Positions 14,225 through 25,874 of a stretch of DNA of 64,000 bases are shown here, piece by piece. How positions within the stretch are numbered: position 1 is the stretch's first letter; each line of letters starts with the position of its first letter. The notes under the pieces were generated by a model, which had not been told where the DNA came from, did no database searches, and worked only from the letters and a program-made list of their open reading frames with translations. Both the position numbers and the translations under genes were made by a program. The DNA is taken from NCBI GenBank assembly GCA_964016885.1, contig OZ024759.1, forward strand, positions 12,090,001-12,154,000. Direction: 5' to 3'. This DNA comes from Eledone cirrhosa. Taxonomy: Eukaryota.

Positions 14225-14915
14225 TCCATCATCATCATTTTATGTCCTGCTTGCAAGGGTGGGACGGGTCCTATTCAGCATATCTCCATTCGTCATCTCC
14301 TCTGTGAGCTTCAGCGATCTGTGGTCTGCTCTCACCACCTCCGCCCATGATTTTCGTGGTCTTCCTCTACTGCATCTTCCTTCCACTGGGATTTCTTGGC
14401 AGCTGTCAGCTTCCATGTACATCACATGTCCATACCAACGTAGTCTTCTCTCCCGCACACTACAGTTTCTCTCTCAACTCATCTATGCTTGGTCGTTCAC
14501 GCACATTGACATTGCACATCCATCGGAGCATGCTTGCTTCATTTCTCTCCAGCCGTCGCATATCCTCCGCAGTTGCTGCCCATGTCTCACTACCATGCAA
14601 CATTGCACATCTCACACAGGCAATATATAACTGGCCTTTTGTTCTGTAGAAACCCTTCTTTGTCAACAGAGGAAGCAGCTTCCTAAACTTCTTCCAACCC
14701 CCTCCTTATTCTAAATACTATGGCCTTGGAGCACCCTCCTTTGCTAATCAAATCACCTAGGTACCAGAAGCTATCAACCACCTCTATAGATCCTACCTGC
14801 ATTTGAAAAATGTATCTATCACTGCCACTTCTACTGTCAAATTTCCCTGTACATCTATTGCATATGTAGTTTTTCCTACCTGTTAGTTTGCATGCTATCC
14901 CACATCTCTTGTGTA
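14225..14915 (-). mobile_element. RTE-clade LINE fragment, inserted in a MITE A copy
   Basis: KGQLYIACVRCAMLHGSETW..RRLRWYGHV..GRPRKSW; (GAT)n tail. Confidence 0.8.
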
Positions 14916-15166
14916 TATTCTATAGAATGTACACAATGTGAAAATACAATAGTATATATAGAGTAGTGTAAATGATAAAGGGTTAATCGACTTTCCCCTT
15001 GCCCCAAAATTGTTGGCCTTGTTCCTAAATCAGAAACTGGCAAAAATCACCCTCCACCATCTCATTTCCCTTTTGACCCACTGTGCCTCTCACTCCCGCC
15101 ACCAGGACATACTGGTCTTTTTGAGTCTTTGAGTTAAAGACCCCAGCTCTAAACAGAGTGGCGGCA

Positions 15167-15368
15167 TACAAGGATTGGCTGAAAAGTTCATAGGCTGACC
15201 AAGATACTCTCATGGAATGATCAAATGAGGTTTATTTTTCAACATAGTCCCTGGAAAGAAACAATGCAGTTATTAATGAGAAGAGTTGAAAGTAATGCAT
15301 GCAAGATTTCACAGCTCTAGCATCACTCCTTCATAGTCAGCCTTTGAACTTTTTAGCCCACCTTGTAT
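15167..15368. mobile_element. Mariner-like MITE; truncated second copy from 15414
   Basis: TACAAGGATTGGCTGAAAAGTTCATAGGCTGAC / GTCAGCCTTTGAACTTTTTAGCCCACCTTGTA. Confidence 0.7.
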
Positions 15369-16245
15369 GCGTGTGTATATACATATATATGTATGTATGT
15401 ATATATATATATATACGAGGGTCAGCTGAAAAGTTCATAGAATGACCAAATGAGGTTTATTTTTCAACATAGTCTTTGGAAAGAAACAATGCAGTTATTA
15501 ATGAGAAGTTGAAAGTAATGCATGCAAGATTTCACAGCACTAACATCACTCATACATCATCACTTACCGATACCTTATGTTGCTGTCTCTACGCCATATG
15601 TGATCACTTGACCTGCTGGAAAGAGCAGCCAAACATTCTTCAAATCATACCGTACCGTCTCTTTGGAAAATGGACACAGTACATATGCCATCCCGTATAT
15701 GCAACAATGCCTAGAAGAAAAAGAAAAAAAAAATTAGTGGGTGATCATGGTTGGAATGTCTTCATCATAGGTCTACTTGTTCAGAACGGCCTAGGGTTAA
15801 ACAACATACTGCTTTATTTCACAATAAACGGTGCTTTAACTCACTGTAGATTCACAAGACGCTTTAAATATAAACACTTTATATATATCATCACCGTCTT
15901 ACACACACACATATATATACACACATACATATATATACATAAATATATATATATACACATATATATATATACACACATATATATATACACACGCACATAT
16001 ATATACATAAATATATATATATATACACATACATATATACACACACATATATATATATACACACATACATATATATATATACACACATACATATATATAT
16101 TTACACATACATACATATATACACACACACACACACATATATATATATAAATATATATACACACACATATATATAAATATATATACACATGTATGAATGT
16201 GAGTGTGTATATATGTGTGTGTGAGTGTATATATATATATATATA

Positions 16246-16400
16246 CAGGGTGTCCAAAAAATGTATACACACTTTGATTACCTGTACAGGCAATTTCATT
16301 TTTCATTTTCATTTCATTTCATTTTACGTCCGCTTTTCCCTGCTTGCAATATTTATTAGAATGCTGTTCAAGTGTGTATACATTTTTTGGGGACACCTTG
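16246..16400. mobile_element. Tc1/mariner MITE with a SINE tail inside
   Basis: CAGGGTGTCCAAAAAATGTATACAC / GTGTATACATTTTTTGGGGACACCTTG. Confidence 0.7.
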
Positions 16401-16946
16401 TGCGTGTATATATATATATATACATAAGCAGAGAGAAAGAAAAGTGGGCGAAGACCTCCACACATCACAAGGGGCGCTGGTATTTCGCCCTCATGTTTTA
16501 GACAAGCCAACACAACGGCAACATTGCCGCAGGCTGATCCCTTAAATTTGGATCGTGAATATCTCTATTTATTTATACAATATCAAGATTAAAACATAAA
16601 AAGCATGCTTACCGGCTGTAGACACACGTGACTAGTTTTTACCAGCCACCATTTGACATTACCGATATAATTAACTAGAGCCTGCTAGTAGTTTCGTTTC
16701 GTTTGATTCATTTATTTTAATATTAATTATCGCTCATAAATGTAATCTTAAGTATGAATTTTTTTTCAGGCATTCCTTCTCGTAGTTTTTAATCTATTTT
16801 ATATTTCGGTGGTTCCGGTAGAGTAATATAACCTCCACTTAATATTTTTTAATAAGCAGTCGCTTCACCGAAATGTAAGTGGTTGATTCCGGGTTTTGTA
16901 AATTACCCCGGCTATAATTCTTTTCCATTAACGAAGTGAAGCAATC

Positions 16947-17765
16947 ATGTCGAACTTCGATCTAATTAGCCGGTTTTCACAGTATTTAGACCCGCATTTA
17001 ATGCTGAAACTCTTGGAATTTGTTCATGCACAGAAGATATTCGATGAAAAGCAAATAATCCGTGGAATACTGGAGCTGATTAAGAAAACGAAGATGGTAG
17101 ATTATGCGAAGAATCTCCACGATGAAATGTATCCTAATTCACAAGAAATGTCCAAAAGTTTTATGGAAGAGAGAGAAAGCGTATTGGAACATCTTAATTT
17201 ACTGACTTCTCGAGTTGAAAGCATTTCAAAACTGATGAGTCTACCGGAGGTTATGAACCAAATCGAAACAGTGAGAGATGGAAACCAGCTATACGAGTAC
17301 CTTGTCACCCGTCACGACATCAGCAAAAATATTACCGAAGACATGTATAATGCAGCGAAATTCCAGTTCGAATGCGGAAATTATGAATTCACGAGCCAGT
17401 ATCTGTATTTCGTGAGTACCCTTCTACCGACAAACGACAAACTCTACCTCAATGCTTTATGGGGTATCTTGGCATCGGAAATTCTTTTGGAAAACTATGA
17501 AGCAGCTCTGGAAGAATTGAACAGATTGAGAGAATATATCGACAGCAATGCGTCTTTTTGGCCTGCCTTGCAGACCTTACAACAGAGAACTTGGTTCGTT
17601 CACTGGTCGCTGTTCATCTTCTTCCGACATCGAGACGGTTTAGACCTTGTCATTGATTTACTTCTTTACCAACCACCATACCTGAATACTGTCCAGACCG
17701 TATGTCCTCACATCCTTCGATATCTGACCACAGCTGTTATTATCAACAAAAGTCGCCGGAGATCG
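16947..17765 (+). CDS. EIF3E: eIF3 subunit E paralogue B, exon 1 (273 codons)
   Basis: Same eIF3e motifs; canonical phase-0 donor TCG|GTAAGT at 17766, at the same codon position as in paralogue A. Confidence 0.95.
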
Positions 17766-18044
17766 GTAAGTCCAAACACTTTATTATTATTAATTTTTAT
17801 ATATTTTCATTGGTTTTCTTATGGGTGTATTTTTACTCGAGTTTATTGTAACCTCCCGCCTCACACACCCCGTCTTTGTATTGTCCCCTATATGTCGGCC
17901 CTTGTGGTCAATAAATGAAACTATTATTATTATTATTATTATCTTTTCGGGGTTGTAAAATAATGTATCAGTAATGCAGTGGAGTCGGTTGAATCGACTT
18001 TCCCCCTTTCCAAAAATTGCTGGCCTTGTGCCTAAATCAGAAAC

Positions 18045-19045
18045 CAGCTGTGGCTAATGATGCGCAGCGGATGCGGCATCTCCAGATATTCTGCCTAAAC
18101 GGTGAAAAGGTGTGGTCGCCGTTTGTCAGACAGGCCTTTCCGCAGCTCATCTCTTTAACTGAGCTGCAGTCCCGTGTCAAAAAGAGATGGAGACTGGACG
18201 CCTGGCATCTGGAATGTTGCCAGGTGCTCAATACCCTCTATCAAGCGGGCAATGCTGTCAGTTGAACTTCCACCCTCGAGTTCTATTGAGGATTAGTGGT
18301 GGGCAAGTGCGACGGCGCACTCAGAGAGGTTCTGGGCGTCGGAGGATTTTCGAGTCGGGGACTATAGATGACTTCCAGAAACCCCTCGCTTACCAGTGCT
18401 ACTGTAGGGCACTGCCGGTTCAACATACACTCTACAGGCATAGAAGTGCTGTCCGAGATGTGCGCAGAGCGACGAAACCTTTCTGCACGCACTCGTCCAG
18501 TGTCCGTGCATTATTGACGTGTGGAGTTATGTCGAACAGCTGTTGTTGTGTCTAGAACGGATCTGAATATCGACCGAGTCCCATAGTGAGGATCGACCCG
18601 TCGCCTTCTGTTAGCTGGGAAGAGCAGGCAGTTTTCCTATTTGGTGGCGATAGTGAAAAGGGTTGCGAGGTGGACCAGGTTTAAAGGACTTTTCTCTTCG
18701 GCTAATCCCTCATCAACTTCTTGGAAAGGAAAGTGAGGGTGGAGAGAGAGAGAGAGAAGTACTCCCCCACCCCAGTACATTTGCTAAAAGGTGGTTGTGG
18801 CGAGAATGGCCCGTATACCTAGGCCTACTCTGAGCATACGCCTGTAGGGTGGTTCAGGATTGGTGGGGACTTGGGTCGCCCCTGGGTGGTTTTCCTCCCA
18901 ATTAGGGAATCTTTATTGTTAATTGTTTTTGTTAATTTGTTGGGTTTTTTTTACTCGATTTTATTGTAAACCCCCACTGTCCCTGTATTTTCCTATTTTT
19001 CTATATGTAGGCCGTAGTGGCCAATAAAGAAATTATTATTATCAT
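18045..19045 (+). mobile_element. L1/Tx1-like LINE 3' end, decayed
   Basis: Frameshifted ORF2 C-terminus-like peptide (QKPLAYQC..ALPV..LYRH); 3' end GGCCAATAAA..(ATT)n is also present at 17890-17940. Confidence 0.55.
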
Positions 19046-20299
19046 TATCCTTACGGGGGTCGATTCTCGGAGATCCCCCACCGCCTCCATTGGGGCTTTT
19101 GTTTTATTTGATCTTTTTAAATGTTTATTATTATTATTTTTTTAGTTTCGTAATAACAGGTTTACACACAAAACACCGCTGTATCGTCCCGTGTTGTTTA
19201 TTGTTTGCTTAATATCAGCCCTGTATGGTTGCTTTGCCTTTCATCCCTACGGGGGGGGGGGGGGTCGATAAAATAAAATACCAGCAATGTACTGAGGTCT
19301 ATTTAATCGACTTTTCCCGCTCCACAGAATTGTTGGTTTTTGTGTCTTATAATAATTGTTTCTACGTTAGGCACAAGGCCAGCAAATTACCCAGTGTATT
19401 ACTGGTACTTTATTTTATCGACCCCGTAAGGATGAAAGGCAAAATAATAATAATTATTATTGTCGTATCGTATTTTTTCCGAAAGTATACTCTCGGGTCC
19501 CAAATAATAGGAGGGGTGGAGAACATTTTCTTAAGGGGAGAAAAGTGGGGAAATCGGTAATTGTAAGTTCGTAAATATGGGATTTCTTATAATGTTCTTT
19601 TTTGTCATATATAATGTTTTGTTCGTTTTTTTTATGTAAAATAAAATAATTATTAGATTCTCCAGCTGCTGTATCAATATAAATCACAATAAAATTTCGC
19701 CGGAGATAGATTAGTAAAAATTAATAAGCTGGGGAGGGGACGATCATTCAAGACCTGTGAATAGCTGTTATAATTATATAGGAGTTGAAATGGGTCATCA
19801 CAGGAAGGAAGGGGAAAGACATTCTTGTTACAGTTGTAGAGAAAGCCAGGAAAATATATTCTGGGAGTGACACCAGCCAGCCTCCGGTTAATCGGTTTGC
19901 TAGAAATAGCAGCCAGAATCGACAACTCGTATAACTATTAGTAAAAAAAAAAAAAATCTTTGCTAAAGGTATACAGGATAATGTAATCGTAGAGAAATTA
20001 CGACTGGGAATAAGTGTGGATGGTCGTATCTGGAAGTCTCAATCATAGATTGAGCTGGGGTTAGGCAACGGCGAGAGATCGAACTATAAAAATAACCTAT
20101 AGTGATATTGAAAGTCTGTCTGTAGTGTAGGTGATCGATATCGTATGTAGCAGTATGGGATTTAGTTGTTCTAGATTGGATCTTGAGCCTTAGTCACAAG
20201 AAATCGATAGAATCTAAACAATGGAATGGATCTCCGTCAGGTTCGACGGTGACTGCTCCAGTTGTTCCATCAACGGAACAACCTTCCCAGGAAATTAAC

Positions 20300-20730
20300 G
20301 TGATAGAGCATTCCACAGACGCGTGTATCTCTTAACATAGTTCTCAGGGAGATTCAGTGTAACAAGGCTGGCACATTAAATTATTTTGTATTATAGAGCA
20401 AGTGACTGAGCATTCCTCAGACACATAGTTCTCAGGGAGATGCAGTGTAACAAGGCTGGCACTTTAAATTATTTTGTATTATAGGGCAAGTGACTGAGCA
20501 TTCCTCAGACACGTAGTTCTCAGGGAGATTCAGTGTAATAAGGCTGGCACATTAAATTATTTTGTATTATAGGGCAAGTAACTGAGCATTCCTCAGACAC
20601 GTAGTTCTCAGGGAGATGCAGTGTAACAAGGCTGGCACTTTAAATTATTTTGTATTATAGGGCAAGTGACTGAGCATTCCTCAGACACGTGTGTCTATTA
20701 ACGTGATTCTCAGGGAGATTCAGTGTAACA
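20300..20730. repeat. 88-bp array, ~4.5 copies
   Basis: TTCTCAGGGA at 20341, 20429, 20517, 20605. Confidence 0.9.
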
Positions 20731-21186
20731 CACTGAGGTGTGTATGACAAAGCTGGCCCTTTGAATAACAGACACAGTCCATCCCTCTGTCCAGTTTCAA
20801 TTGCAAGATATTATTTGACCCATGACATTTCACCAAGGACAATGTCTCTACATTAAGGATATTTCCATTCTTCCCTCATTACCCCTTTACCATTTCAACC
20901 AGGGCATATCCAGCCAGAATTCTCTCACTTCGTTCTGTTCAAACTGGCTGTGACCTGCCACTCATATTTATGTTAAGGTATTGTTCTCAAAGTAAGTCAT
21001 ATCAATATCAACATCTCATAGATTCGATATTATGAGATGATTATGTGAGATAAAGTGTTTACCATGAAAATACAATAGTGGTCATCATCATCATCATCAT
21101 CATCTTTGTTTAACGTCCATTTTCCACGCTAGCATGGGTTAGATATAAATGCTAATGGATTAAACAGTAAAAAAAAGGGTTATTAA

Positions 21187-22965
21187 CCCTTTCATGACAG
21201 CATTTCTAATGAAATACACTCTATTTTAATTAATTGACAAAGAATTTTGAGGGATTTACGAAAATTATTTATTATTCTATTACTAAGTTAGTAACTTAAT
21301 ATAAGGGTTTTATATAAAATTATGTTGAAAGAATATGATTGCAAATACAAGTGACCGAAAAGGGGTTCCTCCGAAGGATCTTTGTAGTAACGTTACTCAA
21401 TAGAGTGTGTAGCTCGGAGATCAGAGAGTCACACCAGGTAGAGCCACTACATCTCCGAATTGAGAGATCACAGCTCTGATACTATGGACATGTGGTTAGA
21501 ATGTCTCAGGAAAGAATCACTGCACAGATTTTACAGGCAAAACCAACTGGTAGGAGACCCAGGGGTAGACTCCGAGCAACATGGTTGGATAACATCCATG
21601 AGTTTGGTTGGTCATGCTAGGGGATCTAGCCGGATCAGTTGGAGACGGTTGCTTCTGATAGGACCCGCTGGAGGGAGTGTTTGAGGACTCTGCCCCCACG
21701 ACCCTTTCATGAGTAAGTGGATGAAGAAGAAGGGTACTTTATTTCATATTATATTAAATTATATAGTAATAGTAAAAATAATAATTTTTAAGTTAGTTAA
21801 TAAGTTTGGTTAGAATTCTGAAGAGGAAATTGTTGTTTCTCTATTTTTGAATGAATATAGTCTTTAAGACTGGTTTTCTGTGGTCCTCTACCCCGAGAAC
21901 TCCATAACACCCATCTTGGAGACGGGCACGATAAGAAAAAAATGACAGTATATAATTATAAGATAATTTAACCCTTTAGTATTCACATTACTCTATATAT
22001 ACTATTATATTTTCATGGTAAATGCTTTATCTCACATAATATCGAATCTATGAGATTTGAAAGTATTTATTTTGAGAACAATATCTTAGCATCAGTATGA
22101 GTGACCAGTTACAGCCAGTTTCAACAGAAAAAGGTAGAATCTATGAGATTTGGAAGTATTTATTTTGAGAACAATATCTTAGCATCAGTTTGAGTGACCA
22201 GTTACAGCCAGTTTCAACAGAAAAAGGTAGAATCTATGAGATTTGGAAGTATTTATTTTGAGAACAATATCTTAGCATCAGTTTGAGTGACCAGTTACAG
22301 CCAGTTTCAACAGAAAAAGGTAGAATCTATGAGATTTGGAAGTATTTATTTTGAGAACAATATCTTAGCATCAGTTTGAGTGACCAGTTACAGCCAGTTT
22401 CAACAGAAAAAGGTAGAATCTATGAGATTTGGAAGTATTTATTTTGAGAACAATATCTTAGCATCAGTATGAGTGACCAGTTACAGCCAGTTTCAACAGA
22501 AAAAGGTAGAATCTATGAGATTTGGAAGTATTTATTTTGAGAACAATATCTTAGCATCAGTTTGAGTGACCAGTTACAGCCAGTTTCAACAGAAAAAGGT
22601 AGAATCTATGAGATTTGGAAGTATTTATTTTGAGAACAATATCTTAGCATCAGTTTGAGTGACCAGTTACAGCCAGTTTCAACAGAAAAAGGTAGAATCT
22701 ATGAGATTTGGAAGTACTTATTTTCAGAACAATATCTTAGCATCAGTTTGAGTGACCAGTTACAGCCAGTTTCAACAGAAAAAGGTAGAGGATTCTGGCC
22801 GGTTTTGGCCGGTTTGAACATTAAAGGGTTATGACTATTTCAGCTGCATAAGATTATTTAACCATCGTGGATACAATAAATTAAATTAAATTGGAAACCT
22901 TTAAAATGGTTGATTTTATTTCCTAGAACCAGATCCACTTTTGGTCGGGCTGGTTGACTAAAGGG
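21187..22965. mobile_element. MITE B (TTAA|CCCTTT ... AAAGGG|TTAA) carrying a ~1.56-kb nested insertion; decayed relatives at ~9040-9250 and 35623-36620
   Basis: The halves 21187-21330 and 22881-22965 align end to end with 9040-9250. Confidence 0.6.
22044..22788. repeat. 93-bp x8 array inside MITE A
   Basis: GAATCTATGAGATTT recurs every 93 bp. Confidence 0.95.
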
Positions 22966-23360
22966 TTAAATAATGTCCCAATAATTTAATAGTTCAACAG
23001 ATTAAATTTTTATAATTTGGCAGAATTGGTAGAGCATCAGAAATCATGTTTTGCAACGTAGAGTTACAGTCTGAGTTAACATCCCGTCGAGGTTAACTTT
23101 GCCTTTCATCCTTACGGGGTCGATAAAATAAAGTACCAGTAATGCACTGGGTCAATTTAATCAACTATCACCCCCACCCCCACCCCTCCTAAAAATTGTT
23201 GGCTTTATGCCTAAAACATTACTTTGTTTTGTTTTGTCATTCTTTGCTCTTTGTATATTTCTACATTGTACCGGCTTTCTGAAACTTCTCATTTTTTTTA
23301 TTATATATCTCACAATGATTCCTATTAGCCACAATACATCTGTGTGTCTTTTATTTCCAG

Positions 23361-23873
23361 GTTCTCAAGGATTTGGTGAAAGTGATTCAACAAGAGAGCT
23401 ACTCTTATAGGGACCCCATCACTGAATTTGTTGAATGTCTCTATGTTAACTTTGACTTTGATGGAGCTCAGCACAAACTTCTGGAGTGTGAATCTGTACT
23501 TTGCTATGATTACTTCCTCAGTCAATATGTGAATGAGTTTATTGAGAATGCCCGTCTCCTCATCTTTGAGATTTTCTGTCGAATCCATGAATGCATCAGT
23601 ATTGACATGTTGTCGCAGAAGCTGAATATGACACCTGATGCAGCAGAGCAGTGGATTGTCAATTTGATCAGACATGCCCGACTTGATGCTAAAATAGACT
23701 CAAAGTTAGGTCATGTTGTCATGGGAACAAAAGCTGTTTCCCCTTACCAACAAGTAATCCAGAAAACTAAAGATTTGAACTCTCGTTCCCACTTTCTTGC
23801 ACTAAATATACATAAGAAACTAGGATTGAAATTCCCTGAATCTGGTACCCAGTGGGGACAGGATCATTATTAA
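23361..23873 (+). CDS. EIF3E: eIF3e paralogue B, exon 2; spliced product 443 aa
   Basis: TTTCCAG|GTTCTCAAG acceptor; [27 protein letters not shown] at 24475. Confidence 0.95.
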   Translation, partial: VLKDLVKVIQQESYSYRDPITEFVECLYVNFDFDGAQHKLLECESVLCYDYFLSQYVNEFIENARLLIFEIFCRIHECISIDMLSQKLNMTPDAAEQWIVNLIRHARLDAKIDSKLGHVVMGTKAVSPYQQVIQKTKDLNSRSHFLALNIHKKLGLKFPESGTQWGQDHY

Positions 23874-24554
23874 TATTTGAAAATTTATGATCAATTCATA
23901 ATTATATATCACCTATATGTATGTATGTATGTATGTATGTCAAGATGTGCGTGTATGTATGTGGGTATATATATATATAATAATACTAATAATTAATACA
24001 AAGATCAAAAGACCAAAATCCAGAGAGGACTTGATAAGTTATATATACATACATATATATACATCTATCACCATATAGAGAGAAGTACACACAGAGATAT
24101 GTGTTCAATCATAGGGATCAAAAAGAACCAGAGTGACGAACATATTACCTACGGAAAGAATGGTGAATAGAAATCAATAAAAAGAATATATTAAAGTATA
24201 CTAACCATTCGATTATAACTATAACTCCCAGACATGCTCAAATAAGAGTATGTTTCGCTATAATAAGTGAAGAATCCATATTATAGATGTAGCTTATCTC
24301 TATATGTACTTCTCTCTATATGTTGATTTATAAAGAGCCCAAAATATATATTACTTGAGCTCCCTAAATTATAGGGGATTAATGCGAGTTTTTAACTCCG
24401 TTAATTAATCTGAAATATATATATATATATATTTACATATATATACATATATATTTATCCACACATTCAACACAAATAAATATATTAAAATGTAGTGTTT
24501 TTGTTCTTTTTTCATTTTTTATATATTTTTTTTTTTTTTTTTTGTATGTGTTAC

Positions 24555-25410
24555 CAATCTAATTGTACCCCCGTGCATTTTAGGAGGAAAACCCCAGCGT
24601 CTACATATTCACTCCACAACACCAATCTGAAGAAGTCTTCTTGTGAATGTGACCTGGGCATTATGGTCAGCAGCGATTTGCGTTGGACAAAGCACATCTC
24701 TAACATTGTCAAGAAGGCTGAGTGTGTCTTAGCATCACTCGATATGACCTTTGTCAGCCGTTCTCCAGCTATGTATTTAAAGCTGTATATTGCTATGGTG
24801 CGACCACACTTAGAATTTGCATCACCAGTCTGAAACCCCTATCTTGCTCATTATATCAATCTGGAAACTGTTCAAGGTCGTGCAACCAAGCGAATACCCT
24901 CCATCAGGCATCTACCATACTCTGAGCGCCTTACTTCCCTTGGCATGGATACATTGAAGCTCCAACAACTTGCAACTGACTTGGTAGACACCTACAAGAT
25001 TATTAACCATCTTTCCAACAACAACCTTGAGCACCTTTTTGAATTCCATGTGTCTAACACACGTGGGCATGCCCACAAAGTCAGAAAACAGCACAGCTCC
25101 CATGACTTTCAGAAACACTTTTTCACACTCAGAGTTGCTGAAGTATGGAACAAACTACCTGCATCAGTTGTTAGCTGCCGAGACACTGCATCCTTCAAAA
25201 CCTCCATGCTTCTCAAAATTCGCCAACACTACACCTGATATTCCTCTCCACACGCATGCACACATATGTGTGTGTCTGTTTATGTATCATGACTCTTACA
25301 CTGTTCACTTTCCTGACATTTGTACATTATTCAATGTACTATACATGCACCTTTGATGAGTTGTATTGCACCTGAGCATTGTATACAATAATTTTCATTA
25401 TTATTATTAT
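24555..25410 (+). mobile_element. CR1/L2-group LINE 3' end; second copy at 40625-41098 (-)
   Basis: DLGIMVSSDLRW..VRPHLEFASPV..TRGH..FFTLRVAEVWNKLP; (ATT)n tail. Confidence 0.85.
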
Positions 25411-25808
25411 ATGGGGTCGATAAAATAAAGTACCAGTAATGCACTGGGTAATTGCTGGCCTTGTGCCTAAAGTAGAAACAATCATTATATATATATATAT
25501 ATCATCATCATCATCCCCATTTAACATCCATTTCTACATTCTAGCATGGGTTTCTACAGCAAGATACCCTTAGCGCCATCCACATTTACAGTGTGTATTG
25601 GGTGCTATATATATGTAGATCCCGGGTTAAATCGGGGATAACCACAGTAAGTAAGGTACTCAATACATAGCAGAGTAAAAGTAATTTAATATAGAAATGG
25701 CTTCTACAGGACTAGAACTGTTTCATTCGGAGAAAATCATCTGAAAGCCGACTGTCAATGTAAATTTCTGGTATTTTTATATATATATATATGTATACAC
25801 ACATGTGC

Positions 25809-25839
<31 letters not shown>

Positions 25840-25874
25840 GAGAGAGAGATATATACACACACACACATGTATAT

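Noticed and set aside
15476-16312. YI/HT/CV-rich ORFs (also 30711-31251, 9815-10072)
   Set aside because: Translations of TA/CA microsatellites.
2900-23873. eIF3e duplication as an uncollapsed haplotype
   Set aside because: ~45% N-terminal identity and non-alignable introns and UTRs are far beyond allelic divergence.
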